A stretch of 64,000 nucleotides of DNA from a virus (taxonomy: Duplodnaviria; Caudoviricetes): positions 32,001 to 96,000 of IMG/VR virus record IMGVR_UViG_3300019124_000001; one strand, 5' to 3'. Positions 30,567 to 39,092 of the stretch are shown here, piece after piece (the first letter of the stretch is position 1; each line of letters opens with the position of its first letter). The position numbers and the translations under genes were made by a program. The notes beneath the pieces are model-generated. The model saw only the letters and a program-made list of their open reading frames with translations, was not told the DNA's origin and made no database searches.

Positions 30567-31670
30567 ATGAACCTGACCGAACAGACAAATATGAATGGCA
30601 ACTTGTTCGAAACCATTATTACTGGCAATATGGTGAAACTCATTCACAATGTCAGTAAGCACATGAATGAACCGTTTCTAAACAGCGCAAAACTCTATAA
30701 TCAAGGCAAAACGCTGTTCGCTGTAATCGCTGACAAAACAAATGCTGTATACTTGAACCTTGGAGATACTATGGTTCATGGAGAAGACTTCGAGTTTCTT
30801 CTTCCTCTGTCATTATTCAAGCGATTGGGAAAGAGGGCTGATGCTACATTCCGCTTCGGCAACAGCGTCAACAAAGGGCATATCGCCATGTTTGCAGAGG
30901 GCAATTGGGAACATCTGCTTACGCATGACGTGACGGATTTCCCTGAAATCAAGGATGTCGTTTCAGAAAAATACGAAGTCGTCACTGCTGGATACACGGA
31001 AGCCCTTGTCAGCGCCGTGAAATTCGCTGGACGCGAACGCATCGTGACGGCAATTAATGGCATCCATCATAATGCTGGCATGATCGAAGCGACTGACGGA
31101 AATCGGATTTATCGCCACACGGATGTGTTCAATGCTGACGTGTTCGAAATGCCGTTTTTGGTTGATGCAAGTACGGCTCTTTTGTTAGACACGTTGACAA
31201 AGGGCGAAGCTGTGGCAACTACAGTTGACTATGAAAATTGCATTCTGAAATACGAAGGGAATCGGCATACGCTGGTGGCAAAATTTCGACAAGTAGCGTA
31301 TCCAGATTTCGACAGCATTATTCCGAAAAACGGGTTTACTGGCAATCTGACGGTGAATCGCCGCAACCTTCTCGATGCACTAAACGGCGTTGAGGGGGCG
31401 GTAGAATTAAGGATGTCGCAAGCGGCGCAAACACTTGAAATCTACTACGACAAAAATGGTGAAGTCAAGAGGGACATTATTGATTGTGTGTACATCTCTC
31501 TTAAATCGTCATTTAACAATCAAGTAGTTGTGGACGCAAATCACATCGTTGACATGTTAAAAACATCTCACTTAAACGACATTGAAATCCAACTGTCTGG
31601 CAATCACGGGGCAATGATCGTTGACGTGGAAACGAGCTTTTTCCTGATTTTCCCTGTCATGAGAGGATAG
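30567..31670 (+). CDS. dnaN: DNA polymerase III beta sliding clamp homologue (divergent)
   Basis: DFPEI, ATDGNRI, YPDFDSIIP, C-terminal LIFPV; about 368 aa. Confidence 0.8.
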   Translation: MNLTEQTNMNGNLFETIITGNMVKLIHNVSKHMNEPFLNSAKLYNQGKTLFAVIADKTNAVYLNLGDTMVHGEDFEFLLPLSLFKRLGKRADATFRFGNSVNKGHIAMFAEGNWEHLLTHDVTDFPEIKDVVSEKYEVVTAGYTEALVSAVKFAGRERIVTAINGIHHNAGMIEATDGNRIYRHTDVFNADVFEMPFLVDASTALLLDTLTKGEAVATTVDYENCILKYEGNRHTLVAKFRQVAYPDFDSIIPKNGFTGNLTVNRRNLLDALNGVEGAVELRMSQAAQTLEIYYDKNGEVKRDIIDCVYISLKSSFNNQVVVDANHIVDMLKTSHLNDIEIQLSGNHGAMIVDVETSFFLIFPVMRG

Positions 31671-31799
31671 CAGGTTCTATCCTCTCCCCTAAACAGGGGT
31701 TTTCTCTAGTGTAATGGAAAAGAATGCACAAATCAAGACTTGACTACAAACGACAACTATGTATATTTGTCAGGTCGAGGAATTAGATCAAATTCATAC

Positions 31800-31911
31800 A
31801 AATCGAAAAAGGGTAACTCTTTGCCAATAATAGAATATATGTTTAAATATATTTATTTAATATATATAACGTATTTTCTATTAGTAGCAAAGAGTTACCC
31901 TTTTTCGATTT
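31800..31911. repeat. Long inverted repeat: 25-bp perfect arms with AT-rich centre
   Basis: AAATCGAAAAAGGGTAACTCTTTGC (31800-31824) and its reverse complement (31887-31911). Confidence 0.9.
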
Positions 31912-31931
31912 AGAACTATAGGAGTGATTAA

Positions 31932-32048
31932 GTGAAACACTCACAGAATAAAAGGGGGATTTCTTTAGAAGGTGCTATAGCATTAACAATTATCGCATTT
32001 GGGGCGGCGTTCATCATTGCCTTTGTAAGAGTATTACTTGGAGCTTAA
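31932..32048 (+). CDS. 38-aa single-TM peptide; not in ORF track
   Basis: GGAGTG RBS, GTG start; MKHSQNKRGISLEGAIALTIIAFGAAFIIAFVRVLLGA. Confidence 0.55.
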   Translation: MKHSQNKRGISLEGAIALTIIAFGAAFIIAFVRVLLGA

Positions 32049-32219
32049 TTCCGTCCTGCTACATAATGACAACTGCATTAACGTCTGTAAGTCAATATTT
32101 AGAGTGAATTGCTTGTAAAATTTTTTCATTCAACAGGCAATTGACTAGAGACAAATAATGTCGGGTATGTTATAATATAAGTAGGCAAGACACTACAAGG
32201 GGGAAGTGAGTGATGGAGC

Positions 32220-33197
32220 ATGGTAAACTTGGTTATTCCGTTTAACAATAAAATGAAAGAGCGTTTCTTGGGTGATATGAATTTGAGCGAAGAGACAAAG
32301 TACTACTACAATCGACTCTTCCTCAAATCTAAATTCGCTGAAGAAACGCTGAACAAAGACCTTGCATACTTCAATGTAATCGAATTGGAAACGGTTTTAT
32401 ACAGCTTGAAATCCGCAACACTGAATGCTTGCATCAAAGAAGCAGGAATCATTAAAACATACATCAATTGGGCACTCGAAAAAGGATTGCGACAAGATGG
32501 AGTCAATCCCGTACTTATGCTAAAAGAAGATGACTACAGGAAGTTCATACCTGACAAGAACATCAACTTCACCTACAACGATGTGTTTGACGTAATGATC
32601 CCTCCCGTATATAATGCTAGTGACGCCATCTGCATCCTCCTTCCGTTCGAGGGCTTGTCACTGGCAGAGATGGTCAATCTGACTAAATACGATGTGGATT
32701 GGAACAATAGAGTCTTGATAGTTCAAAAAGATCGTAATGACGAAAGAACCAAACGAGTGGTACAGGTAGAGCAGAAAACTATAGACTTGATCGCCAAGAG
32801 CATCGAAGAGAGCGAGTATTACAAGAAAAACGGATATTATCGCTTCAATCCAACCCCACGAGTGAAACCTACTCTTGAGCTTGCAAGTAATGACTTCATC
32901 GTTAGAGCGGCACAAACCTACGGCGATAACGAAAATGCTCCTGCTGACACTCAAACTGTAACAAGAAGGCTCAAAATGCTAAAAGAAGAATTAGATCAAC
33001 CAGAATTGAAGTTTCAAAATCTTTCCCGTTCCGGTTTGTTATGGTACGCAAAGAAACTGATGGATGAACGTGAAGGGAGACTGGACACGGAAGCGTACAA
33101 GATGATTGGCAAAAAGTTTGATGTTGAACCGACATATGCGCAACTCAGGCGTACAGTGAATGAAGAAGAAGTGAACAAGCTCTACAATAGGAGGTAA
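32220..33197 (+). CDS. mrpR: MrpR/YopR-like phage master repressor (tyrosine recombinase fold)
   Basis: 325 aa; FN...KE.FL, E..LNKD...F, YI.WA, L.FEG, Y.KKNG, RSG.L..A, NEEEVNK.Y as in SPbeta YopR. Confidence 0.85.
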   Translation: MVNLVIPFNNKMKERFLGDMNLSEETKYYYNRLFLKSKFAEETLNKDLAYFNVIELETVLYSLKSATLNACIKEAGIIKTYINWALEKGLRQDGVNPVLMLKEDDYRKFIPDKNINFTYNDVFDVMIPPVYNASDAICILLPFEGLSLAEMVNLTKYDVDWNNRVLIVQKDRNDERTKRVVQVEQKTIDLIAKSIEESEYYKKNGYYRFNPTPRVKPTLELASNDFIVRAAQTYGDNENAPADTQTVTRRLKMLKEELDQPELKFQNLSRSGLLWYAKKLMDEREGRLDTEAYKMIGKKFDVEPTYAQLRRTVNEEEVNKLYNRR

Positions 33198-33201
33198 CAA
33201 C

Positions 33202-33549
33202 ATGGCACGTACTGTCATTCATGATCAAGACGTAAGGATCAAAAGGGATGTATTTGAAATGGAGTTTGACAAGCAAGGGTTTCGCACAGCGAAATCCTTT
33301 CTTGAATATTTTATTGAGGATGTTGGTTTGAAAATAGGTTGGAAGACTCTTTACCAAATGATTTACGAAAAGCCTAACAAGGTAGCATGGAAACTCCATT
33401 ACGCTATGTTGTTAGCAGATTATTTGAATCTAAAGGTGGAGGCGCTATTCGAGTTTTATGATGTAGATATCGAAGCGGAAGCGCAAGCGAGAGAAGACAA
33501 AAACGCTAAGATACGAGAGTCGAAAGAACGCAATAGTAATAAAAACTAA
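33202..33549 (+). CDS. Small XRE/HTH-like protein coupled to mrpR
   Basis: IGWKTLYQM...AMLLADYLNLKVEALFE. Confidence 0.6.
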   Translation: MARTVIHDQDVRIKRDVFEMEFDKQGFRTAKSFLEYFIEDVGLKIGWKTLYQMIYEKPNKVAWKLHYAMLLADYLNLKVEALFEFYDVDIEAEAQAREDKNAKIRESKERNSNKN

Positions 33550-33592
33550 AACAAGTACCCTAAAATAAGGGTACTTGTTTTAGTTTAGCTGG

Positions 33593-33622
33593 TTGACATA
33601 CATAGTTGTTATATGTTATAAT
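33593..33622 (+). promoter_or_regulatory. Promoter of the HTH-TPR gene with inverted AACAACTATGTAT box in the spacer
   Basis: TTGACA-TACATAGTTGTTATATGT-TATAAT. Confidence 0.75.
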
Positions 33623-33678
33623 ATTGACCGAGGACATTATTACAGTAAAGGGGTGTATAATATGAAGGGGTGTAAAAG

Positions 33679-34704
33679 ATGATCGACAAGGAAAGTTACA
33701 TAGAACGCATTAAGGAGATTATGGACGAACAGGGCTTTACGTCCGTTGAAGCGTTTTCTGAGGTCTGTGGGGTAAACAAAGAATACATTAGGCAAATCCT
33801 GAAAGGCTCTCGTGACATCGGAGAGCTTGAAGCGAAAATAGCCTATGGATTAGGGGTGACTGTTCGTAGATTGCGAATGGAAGACACTCGCGAACAAATA
33901 ATAAAGGCTGAAAATGATTTACTGTTGCCTGAAGTCAACATTCAAGAACTTATTAAATCTGTAAATGTCCTCTACAAAAAAGCAATTGGCATTACAGAGA
34001 AAGCAGACATGCTCTATCTTTTATCCAGTGTGTACAAACATGGTAGACTTTGGAACGAGTGTGTCCAAACGTGCGAAGATGCTCTGCAACTACTGATAAG
34101 ACAGAAGAAGGCAAAGAGTATGAGCAAGATAGGGAAAAGACCTGATGGAGATCGTATCCGTAAGGTAATTTCTCGTTATCTATTCGCACTCAAATCTTCG
34201 CAACGTCTACATGAATATGTTGCCCTAATCGAAAAGTATGAGCAATATTTTGATGTAGATGCTAGAGCGAAGTCTGAGCTTTTGTATAGGAAAGGTAACG
34301 CAAAGTTTCGCCTGAACTACTGGAAGGAAGCGGAGGATTCGTATAACAGCGCACTCGAAGGATTTCGTGTTTTAAATGACAAAGAGTATGAATTTCGTAT
34401 CCTAGTCAATATCGCAATGATCTATGCGGAACGTGAGTTTTATGTAACAGCGATTGATATTTTAAACGAAGCGGAAAAGTTGTTGCAATATGAAACAGCA
34501 TTTGATTCTTTAATGAATTATCAATACGTTGTTGCAAAAATTCTATTTGTAAATGGATCAGATTTAGAAACAATCGAAAAAAGACTTGACAACGCTATGG
34601 GCAGATATGGTAAACTTGAAGGGAAGCCTATGTTGATTTACCATATATTAAAACAAGGCGTTGATCTGGCACTCAAAAGGCAGTTGATCCAAGCCGTCTT
34701 TTGA
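33679..34704 (+). CDS. HTH-TPR transcription regulator (RRNPP-type peptide receptor)
   Basis: N-terminal XRE HTH; TPR helices (LLYRKGNAKFRLNYWKEAEDSYNSALE, ILVNIAMIYAEREFYVTAIDILNEA); followed by a small secreted peptide gene. Confidence 0.85.
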   Translation: MIDKESYIERIKEIMDEQGFTSVEAFSEVCGVNKEYIRQILKGSRDIGELEAKIAYGLGVTVRRLRMEDTREQIIKAENDLLLPEVNIQELIKSVNVLYKKAIGITEKADMLYLLSSVYKHGRLWNECVQTCEDALQLLIRQKKAKSMSKIGKRPDGDRIRKVISRYLFALKSSQRLHEYVALIEKYEQYFDVDARAKSELLYRKGNAKFRLNYWKEAEDSYNSALEGFRVLNDKEYEFRILVNIAMIYAEREFYVTAIDILNEAEKLLQYETAFDSLMNYQYVVAKILFVNGSDLETIEKRLDNAMGRYGKLEGKPMLIYHILKQGVDLALKRQLIQAVF

Positions 34705-34739
34705 TGTAACAGCCAACAGAAAGGAGAACAGTGAACATT

Positions 34740-34907
34740 ATGAAAAACATCAAGAACAAAATCTTTCTTGCAGGAATCATTCTTGCGATTGGAGCTACCG
34801 TAGGTTGCTCTAAAAATGCAATGCCGTTTGACCCCTACGAGCCTGACGGCAAAGAGGTGTCGGTGTTTGATCCCTACGAGCCAGACCCCATTGTGTTTAA
34901 CGGTTAA
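34740..34907 (+). CDS. Putative signalling propeptide, 55 aa (alternative GTG start 34731); not in ORF track
   Basis: MKNIKNKIFLAGIILAIGATVGCSKNAMPFDPYEPDGKEVSVFDPYEPDPIVFNG; AAAGGAG RBS; signal peptide; FDPYEPD twice. Confidence 0.85.
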   Translation: MKNIKNKIFLAGIILAIGATVGCSKNAMPFDPYEPDGKEVSVFDPYEPDPIVFNG

Positions 34908-34916
34908 ATATCGTTA

Positions 34917-34959
34917 AAAAAATGCCGAGGAATGTGTCGAAACATTCCTCGGCATTTTT
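34917..34959 (+). terminator. Strong terminator after the peptide gene
   Basis: AAAATGCCGAGGAATGT-GTCGAA-ACATTCCTCGGCATTTT. Confidence 0.85.
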
Positions 34960-35079
34960 CTTCACAATCTATCAAAATTTTTGCGATTTTTGACTTGACG
35001 ATCAATTTTCGCAATTTCCTCTCCGAAACTATAGAAAAAAGTCATAATAGATGGTATTATGAAATTACCACATGAAAGA

Positions 35080-35093
35080 CGAACGCTAGTTCG
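35080..35093. promoter_or_regulatory. LexA (DinR/Cheo) SOS box
   Basis: CGAAC-GCTA-GTTCG, intergenic, about 20 bp downstream of TGG-TATTAT. Confidence 0.65.
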
Positions 35094-35179
35094 GTAACAG
35101 AGATAGACAATAGTTGCCAACATTCTACAGAACAGTTTTCGTCAAACACACAACTTCATAGTACAAACTTCCAAGGAGA

Positions 35180-35572
35180 GTGCTTTTCATGTTAATGGGT
35201 GATCTGAAATTGTCTCAAACGAACCGTCGAATCCTTTCCTATCTTGTACAGAACGAACATGAGGAAGCCGAGTTTAGGGAATGGCATCTTGGTTTTAACC
35301 GATCTATTCTCTTTGATATTATGGCTTTCCGCGCTGTAAAGGTCGAGAGGGCGTTGGCGAAGTTGTCACTCTCTGATTTTGTACAAGCCTTTGAAAAAGG
35401 CAACAGAGAAGAAAAAAGGGAAGTTTTGCAACAGGTCTTTCAACAATGGGTAACAGATACTGACTTGGACGATCTGACAGAGCGAATTACGAACGGTCTG
35501 ACGCTCGAAGCGCTCTATGAAGAACGCCGCCTGAAGCCAAGTGACTTCCTCCACTCCCTACTTAGGGGGTAG
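35180..35572 (+). CDS. Hypothetical protein, possibly SOS-controlled
   Basis: AAGGAG RBS; downstream of LexA box. Confidence 0.7.
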   Translation: MLFMLMGDLKLSQTNRRILSYLVQNEHEEAEFREWHLGFNRSILFDIMAFRAVKVERALAKLSLSDFVQAFEKGNREEKREVLQQVFQQWVTDTDLDDLTERITNGLTLEALYEERRLKPSDFLHSLLRG

Positions 35573-35681
35573 ACACTTGGTAAAATTATTCTTGACAAAC
35601 AATAACTATGTTTGTTAGAATGCTATCAAGGGGCAAAACTCATGTAACAGCAGAGTCATATAATAGCAGGAGGAATCTATT

Positions 35682-36320
35682 ATGGGCTTATGGAGAAAAA
35701 TGCTTAAATTCAAAACAAAGGTGTTGGAATGGGCGCTTAGGTCTAGTATTCCAAACACACAAAGCAAGATAAAGGGGCGAGAGGTGGAGTTTCTTGGTGG
35801 CAATCAATGGCTCCACGTCTATCGCTTCAAAACGGGAAAATATGCTGGTTATACTTTCTCGTATGAACCAAAGTGGGCTGATATCGGAGTTGGAATTCTG
35901 CCATATCGCAAAAAACACGATGGACAGATTGAATATTTGGCGGTCAATGAAATTCGACCAGTTCACGGGAACAATTTTAACCTCTACGCAATTACTGGCG
36001 GGTGGGATGATCGCAGTATTTCTACTAAAGGATGTGCTGTCAAGGAAGTCAAGGAAGAAACTGGGTACTCTGTAACAGAGAGTGAACTATTTTTCCTTGG
36101 TACTATCAATAATAACAAAATGTCAACTGGAACTATGTACCTGTATGCTGTTGATTTGACAGGCGCGGAAAAGGGTTCTAAAGTCACTGACGGAAGCAGA
36201 GTGGAGCTTGATGCTTATGCAAGTTGGATTGATTTAGATACCCTAATTACAGATGGTGACAATTTGCTGGCGAAGATGTACCTACTTCTAAGACATCGTA
36301 TGGAAAATGGGAAATACTAA
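35682..36320 (+). CDS. Nudix hydrolase (ADP-ribose pyrophosphatase-like)
   Basis: GGWD......CAVKEVKEETG Nudix box. Confidence 0.85.
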   Translation: MGLWRKMLKFKTKVLEWALRSSIPNTQSKIKGREVEFLGGNQWLHVYRFKTGKYAGYTFSYEPKWADIGVGILPYRKKHDGQIEYLAVNEIRPVHGNNFNLYAITGGWDDRSISTKGCAVKEVKEETGYSVTESELFFLGTINNNKMSTGTMYLYAVDLTGAEKGSKVTDGSRVELDAYASWIDLDTLITDGDNLLAKMYLLLRHRMENGKY

Positions 36321-36390
36321 TACGCACAATAATTTGTGCGTGTTTTAACTTCTGACAAACAACAACTATGTATAATAGGAGAGAGAAAAC

Positions 36391-36621
36391 ATGCAGAAAC
36401 CTACGCTTGACCAATTGCAACGTATCGCATACTGCGAAGAAGTTTTGTTGCGTCAATTCAATGGAGAATCCAGAGAGGATGCTGAAATTTGGCTACGGTT
36501 GAATTGGGGCGAAGCTAGGAGATTGGATTATTTGCAACGGGTAAAACGTAACAGGAAAGGCAAGGCGTATTGGAAAGGTGTACCGCAACAACAGCGCTTG
36601 ATGGGATATCAAGTTTTTTAG
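36391..36621 (+). CDS. Hypothetical protein
   Basis: RBS. Confidence 0.55.
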   Translation: MQKPTLDQLQRIAYCEEVLLRQFNGESREDAEIWLRLNWGEARRLDYLQRVKRNRKGKAYWKGVPQQQRLMGYQVF

Positions 36622-36735
36622 ATTGAATATAACAGCAGGAGCACAGAAGGACTACGGATGCCTGAAAGTTGTAACAGCTTTCGATATGAGTAGATGTTGG
36701 AAAAATGACCCCCCTATAGGAAAGGAGATAACAAG

Positions 36736-37296
36736 ATGTATTGGATAGCACCTGTACTCTGTGTCGTCGTCGTTTATTTAAGTTTCGTTTGTCATAACTA
36801 TTTTGAATATAAAATAGAGCTTAAGGAATATCTAGAAAGAAAGAGATATTCAAAGCCAAAACATTGGACGAAAGATTTAGATTCTTCCTTTTTCGCTAGT
36901 GTATTGATTGGCGCACTCCTATTTGTTCTATTGACAGGAATGATAAACCTAGTCGCAGATAAAGAGTGGCAGAACGATGGATATCAACCTATCTACGCGA
37001 TGCAGGATAACAGCACATACTATCTCAGACATGTCCACGTAGGAGATTCAAATATGCGTTACTATTATATGGTGGAAACTAGTAATGGGTTGGCTGTATC
37101 ATGGGCATCTACTGATATTTCTTACATCAAAGAAACCTCTGAAACTCCTCACGCTAAACATTTTAAGCGCAAATTTACCAATAAAACGATTGCCAAGTAT
37201 TTTGGGGTGGTCAATTCCAGTGGAAATGATGTTAGAGTCGAATTTCACATTCCAAAAGGTTCCGTTAAGCAAGAATTTAACGTTGACTTAAAATAG
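36736..37296 (+). CDS. Membrane protein (phage ...FHIPKGS family)
   Basis: Two TM segments; YYY.VE..NG and FHIPKGSV. Confidence 0.65.
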   Translation: MYWIAPVLCVVVVYLSFVCHNYFEYKIELKEYLERKRYSKPKHWTKDLDSSFFASVLIGALLFVLLTGMINLVADKEWQNDGYQPIYAMQDNSTYYLRHVHVGDSNMRYYYMVETSNGLAVSWASTDISYIKETSETPHAKHFKRKFTNKTIAKYFGVVNSSGNDVRVEFHIPKGSVKQEFNVDLK

Positions 37297-37311
37297 AGGG
37301 AGGAAAAGAAC

Positions 37312-37494
37312 ATGGGATTATGGTTATGGATATTAATCGCATTCATGCTTTCGTTTACGGGTGCAAAGGTAACGATTCAGAAGCGGCGTATTGAAAATTG
37401 GTTTATCAAGTGGCTGTTTTGGGCGATTGTATTGCCTACATTACTATTTTTGATGTCGATTCCGTTCATGGTATTTAAATTCTTGTTCTTGTAG
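37312..37494 (+). CDS. Small membrane protein
   Basis: Hydrophobic; GGAGG RBS. Confidence 0.55.
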   Translation: MGLWLWILIAFMLSFTGAKVTIQKRRIENWFIKWLFWAIVLPTLLFLMSIPFMVFKFLFL

Positions 37495-37508
37495 GAGGAT
37501 GGACAAAA

Positions 37509-37715
37509 ATGTCAATTACGGCTTTCACAATTGCGAGTTTAATCGTAGTGTACATTATGGTTTATATCCTAATTGGATTCCATGAAGAAGAATGGGGATT
37601 CGAAACCGTTGTTCACGCGTTGGCGGCAGAAATCCTCATGGTCTTATTCGTTTTGTTTCTCTATGGAGCCATTTACGGAATTGGTTGGGTACTGACAAAT
37701 GCATTTGGCGTGTAA
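37509..37715 (+). CDS. Small membrane protein
   Basis: Hydrophobic; AGGAGG RBS. Confidence 0.55.
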   Translation: MSITAFTIASLIVVYIMVYILIGFHEEEWGFETVVHALAAEILMVLFVLFLYGAIYGIGWVLTNAFGV

Positions 37716-37757
37716 ATATAGAAATTGATCTTTCGTTCAAAGGAGAGTTACAAAACA

Positions 37758-38036
37758 ATGGAATTTGATAATGCAACGTTTGAAAAGCTAAAACTCGAAA
37801 CGTCTTTGAAAGTAGGGACAGATGAATTTTTCCAGCACTACAAGGGGATGACTGAAAAAAGTGCGCAACGAATTTTCGATTTGGCAAAGCGCGAAGCAAA
37901 TATTTTGATTCGCGTTATCAATGGTAATTACATCGTTTACAAGAATCGCTACGATAAATCTGGGATCGCTTGCTCTGCCCAAGATGTGCTTGACATGTTG
38001 CAGAATTACCCAAACACAGTAGTTATTAATTACTAA
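37758..38036 (+). CDS. Hypothetical protein
   Basis: ATG after AAGGAG. Confidence 0.55.
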   Translation: MEFDNATFEKLKLETSLKVGTDEFFQHYKGMTEKSAQRIFDLAKREANILIRVINGNYIVYKNRYDKSGIACSAQDVLDMLQNYPNTVVINY

Positions 38037-38081
38037 TTTACAAGTTTAATCTACGGCTTGCATCCAAAAGGAGGAACTATA

Positions 38082-38495
38082 ATGGGGAAAATTGTGATCT
38101 TCAGTGCGATAGCAGGAGAAGGTGCAACTACGCAACTGATCAATGAAATGATGAGCTATGTAAATCCTAGCACTTCTGTAAAAATGATACTTCTGTCTAG
38201 TTATTTGAACTTCGATACATTTGCGGCTATTGCTAAGTCGCATAGCAATATTAAACATCTAAGAGCGTCTGATGAAATACGTTTCCAATACGTGGAGACA
38301 ATCTTGGATTCTGAACACTACTTTTTCGAACACGAAGGGGCGAGTGTGATCGCTTTAGATCGTCTTATCAACAACATAGATGATTATAAGCAAATCGAGG
38401 AGTGGGCACATAAATATGGAAAGACTGTACTAGTTTCTCGTGTCTTGCCGAATCGAGTAGCAAAGTGCGATAAATCAGTTCGTGTGCTTCGATAA
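38082..38495 (+). CDS. Degenerate P-loop-like protein (thymidine-kinase-like N-terminus)
   Basis: MGKIVIFSAIAGEGATTQLI lacks the Walker A lysine. Confidence 0.45.
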   Translation: MGKIVIFSAIAGEGATTQLINEMMSYVNPSTSVKMILLSSYLNFDTFAAIAKSHSNIKHLRASDEIRFQYVETILDSEHYFFEHEGASVIALDRLINNIDDYKQIEEWAHKYGKTVLVSRVLPNRVAKCDKSVRVLR

Positions 38496-38522
38496 AAGAT
38501 TGGTTTCATATTAGGAGGAGAA

Positions 38523-38870
38523 TTGGTCTTGAATAAGCTACGATTTTTAGACGCTAAGATTGCAGAAATGGCGCATGGCTTTAAGTGGAGTACTACAAAG
38601 GGTGATAGAAAATTTCTGTTGTTGCCAAAAGACTATCTCTTGCGTACATGGTCAACTGTCTGGGATGACGATGGAATTCCCACTTGGTTGCCTGAATTTC
38701 ACCTCACTCTAGTAGGTGCGAACGTGATCGTTAACCAAGAATTGGTAGGCAGAGTGATCGAAGTGACGGAAGACAAGAAATTCCGTATCAAATGGCTGAA
38801 TATGAATTATGGTGGCAGAATCGGCAAGTATAATGCTGATTTTATCTTGGATAACGAACTTCAACTATAG
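38523..38870 (+). CDS. Hypothetical protein
   Basis: AGGAGG RBS. Confidence 0.55.
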   Translation: MVLNKLRFLDAKIAEMAHGFKWSTTKGDRKFLLLPKDYLLRTWSTVWDDDGIPTWLPEFHLTLVGANVIVNQELVGRVIEVTEDKKFRIKWLNMNYGGRIGKYNADFILDNELQL

Positions 38871-38903
38871 ATAAAACATGCCTTTCATCTAACCTAAAAG
38901 GAT

Positions 38904-39092
38904 GTGACACTCGTGTCCAAACGTTTTAACAAAATTGAAGAATTTAGAAATGCAGTCAAGAAATTCAAGAATTCAAATCAAACTCCACAAGAAATTATGA
39001 ATTTCTTACTTGCATTTAGACGGGCGACCATGTTAGGAGACGGGCTTTCTTATGTCAATGTAATGAAGGTCTTGGAGGATGAGATGGCATGA
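38904..39092 (+). CDS. Hypothetical protein
   Basis: Overlaps next start. Confidence 0.5.
   Translation: MTLVSKRFNKIEEFRNAVKKFKNSNQTPQEIMNFLLAFRRATMLGDGLSYVNVMKVLEDEMA

Noticed and set aside
31932-32048. Type IV prepilin
   Set aside because: Glu is at +4 rather than +5 after Gly and there is no pilin body or assembly gene
32220-33197. Active integrase
   Set aside because: Canonical R...HxxR catalytic signature not evident; length and motifs fit the YopR/MrpR repressor
33679-34704. Calling the receptor aimR
   Set aside because: HTH is N-terminal and the peptide does not resemble AimP types
34935-34941. Spo0A box TGTCGAA
   Set aside because: Single 7-mer in a terminator loop; expected by chance
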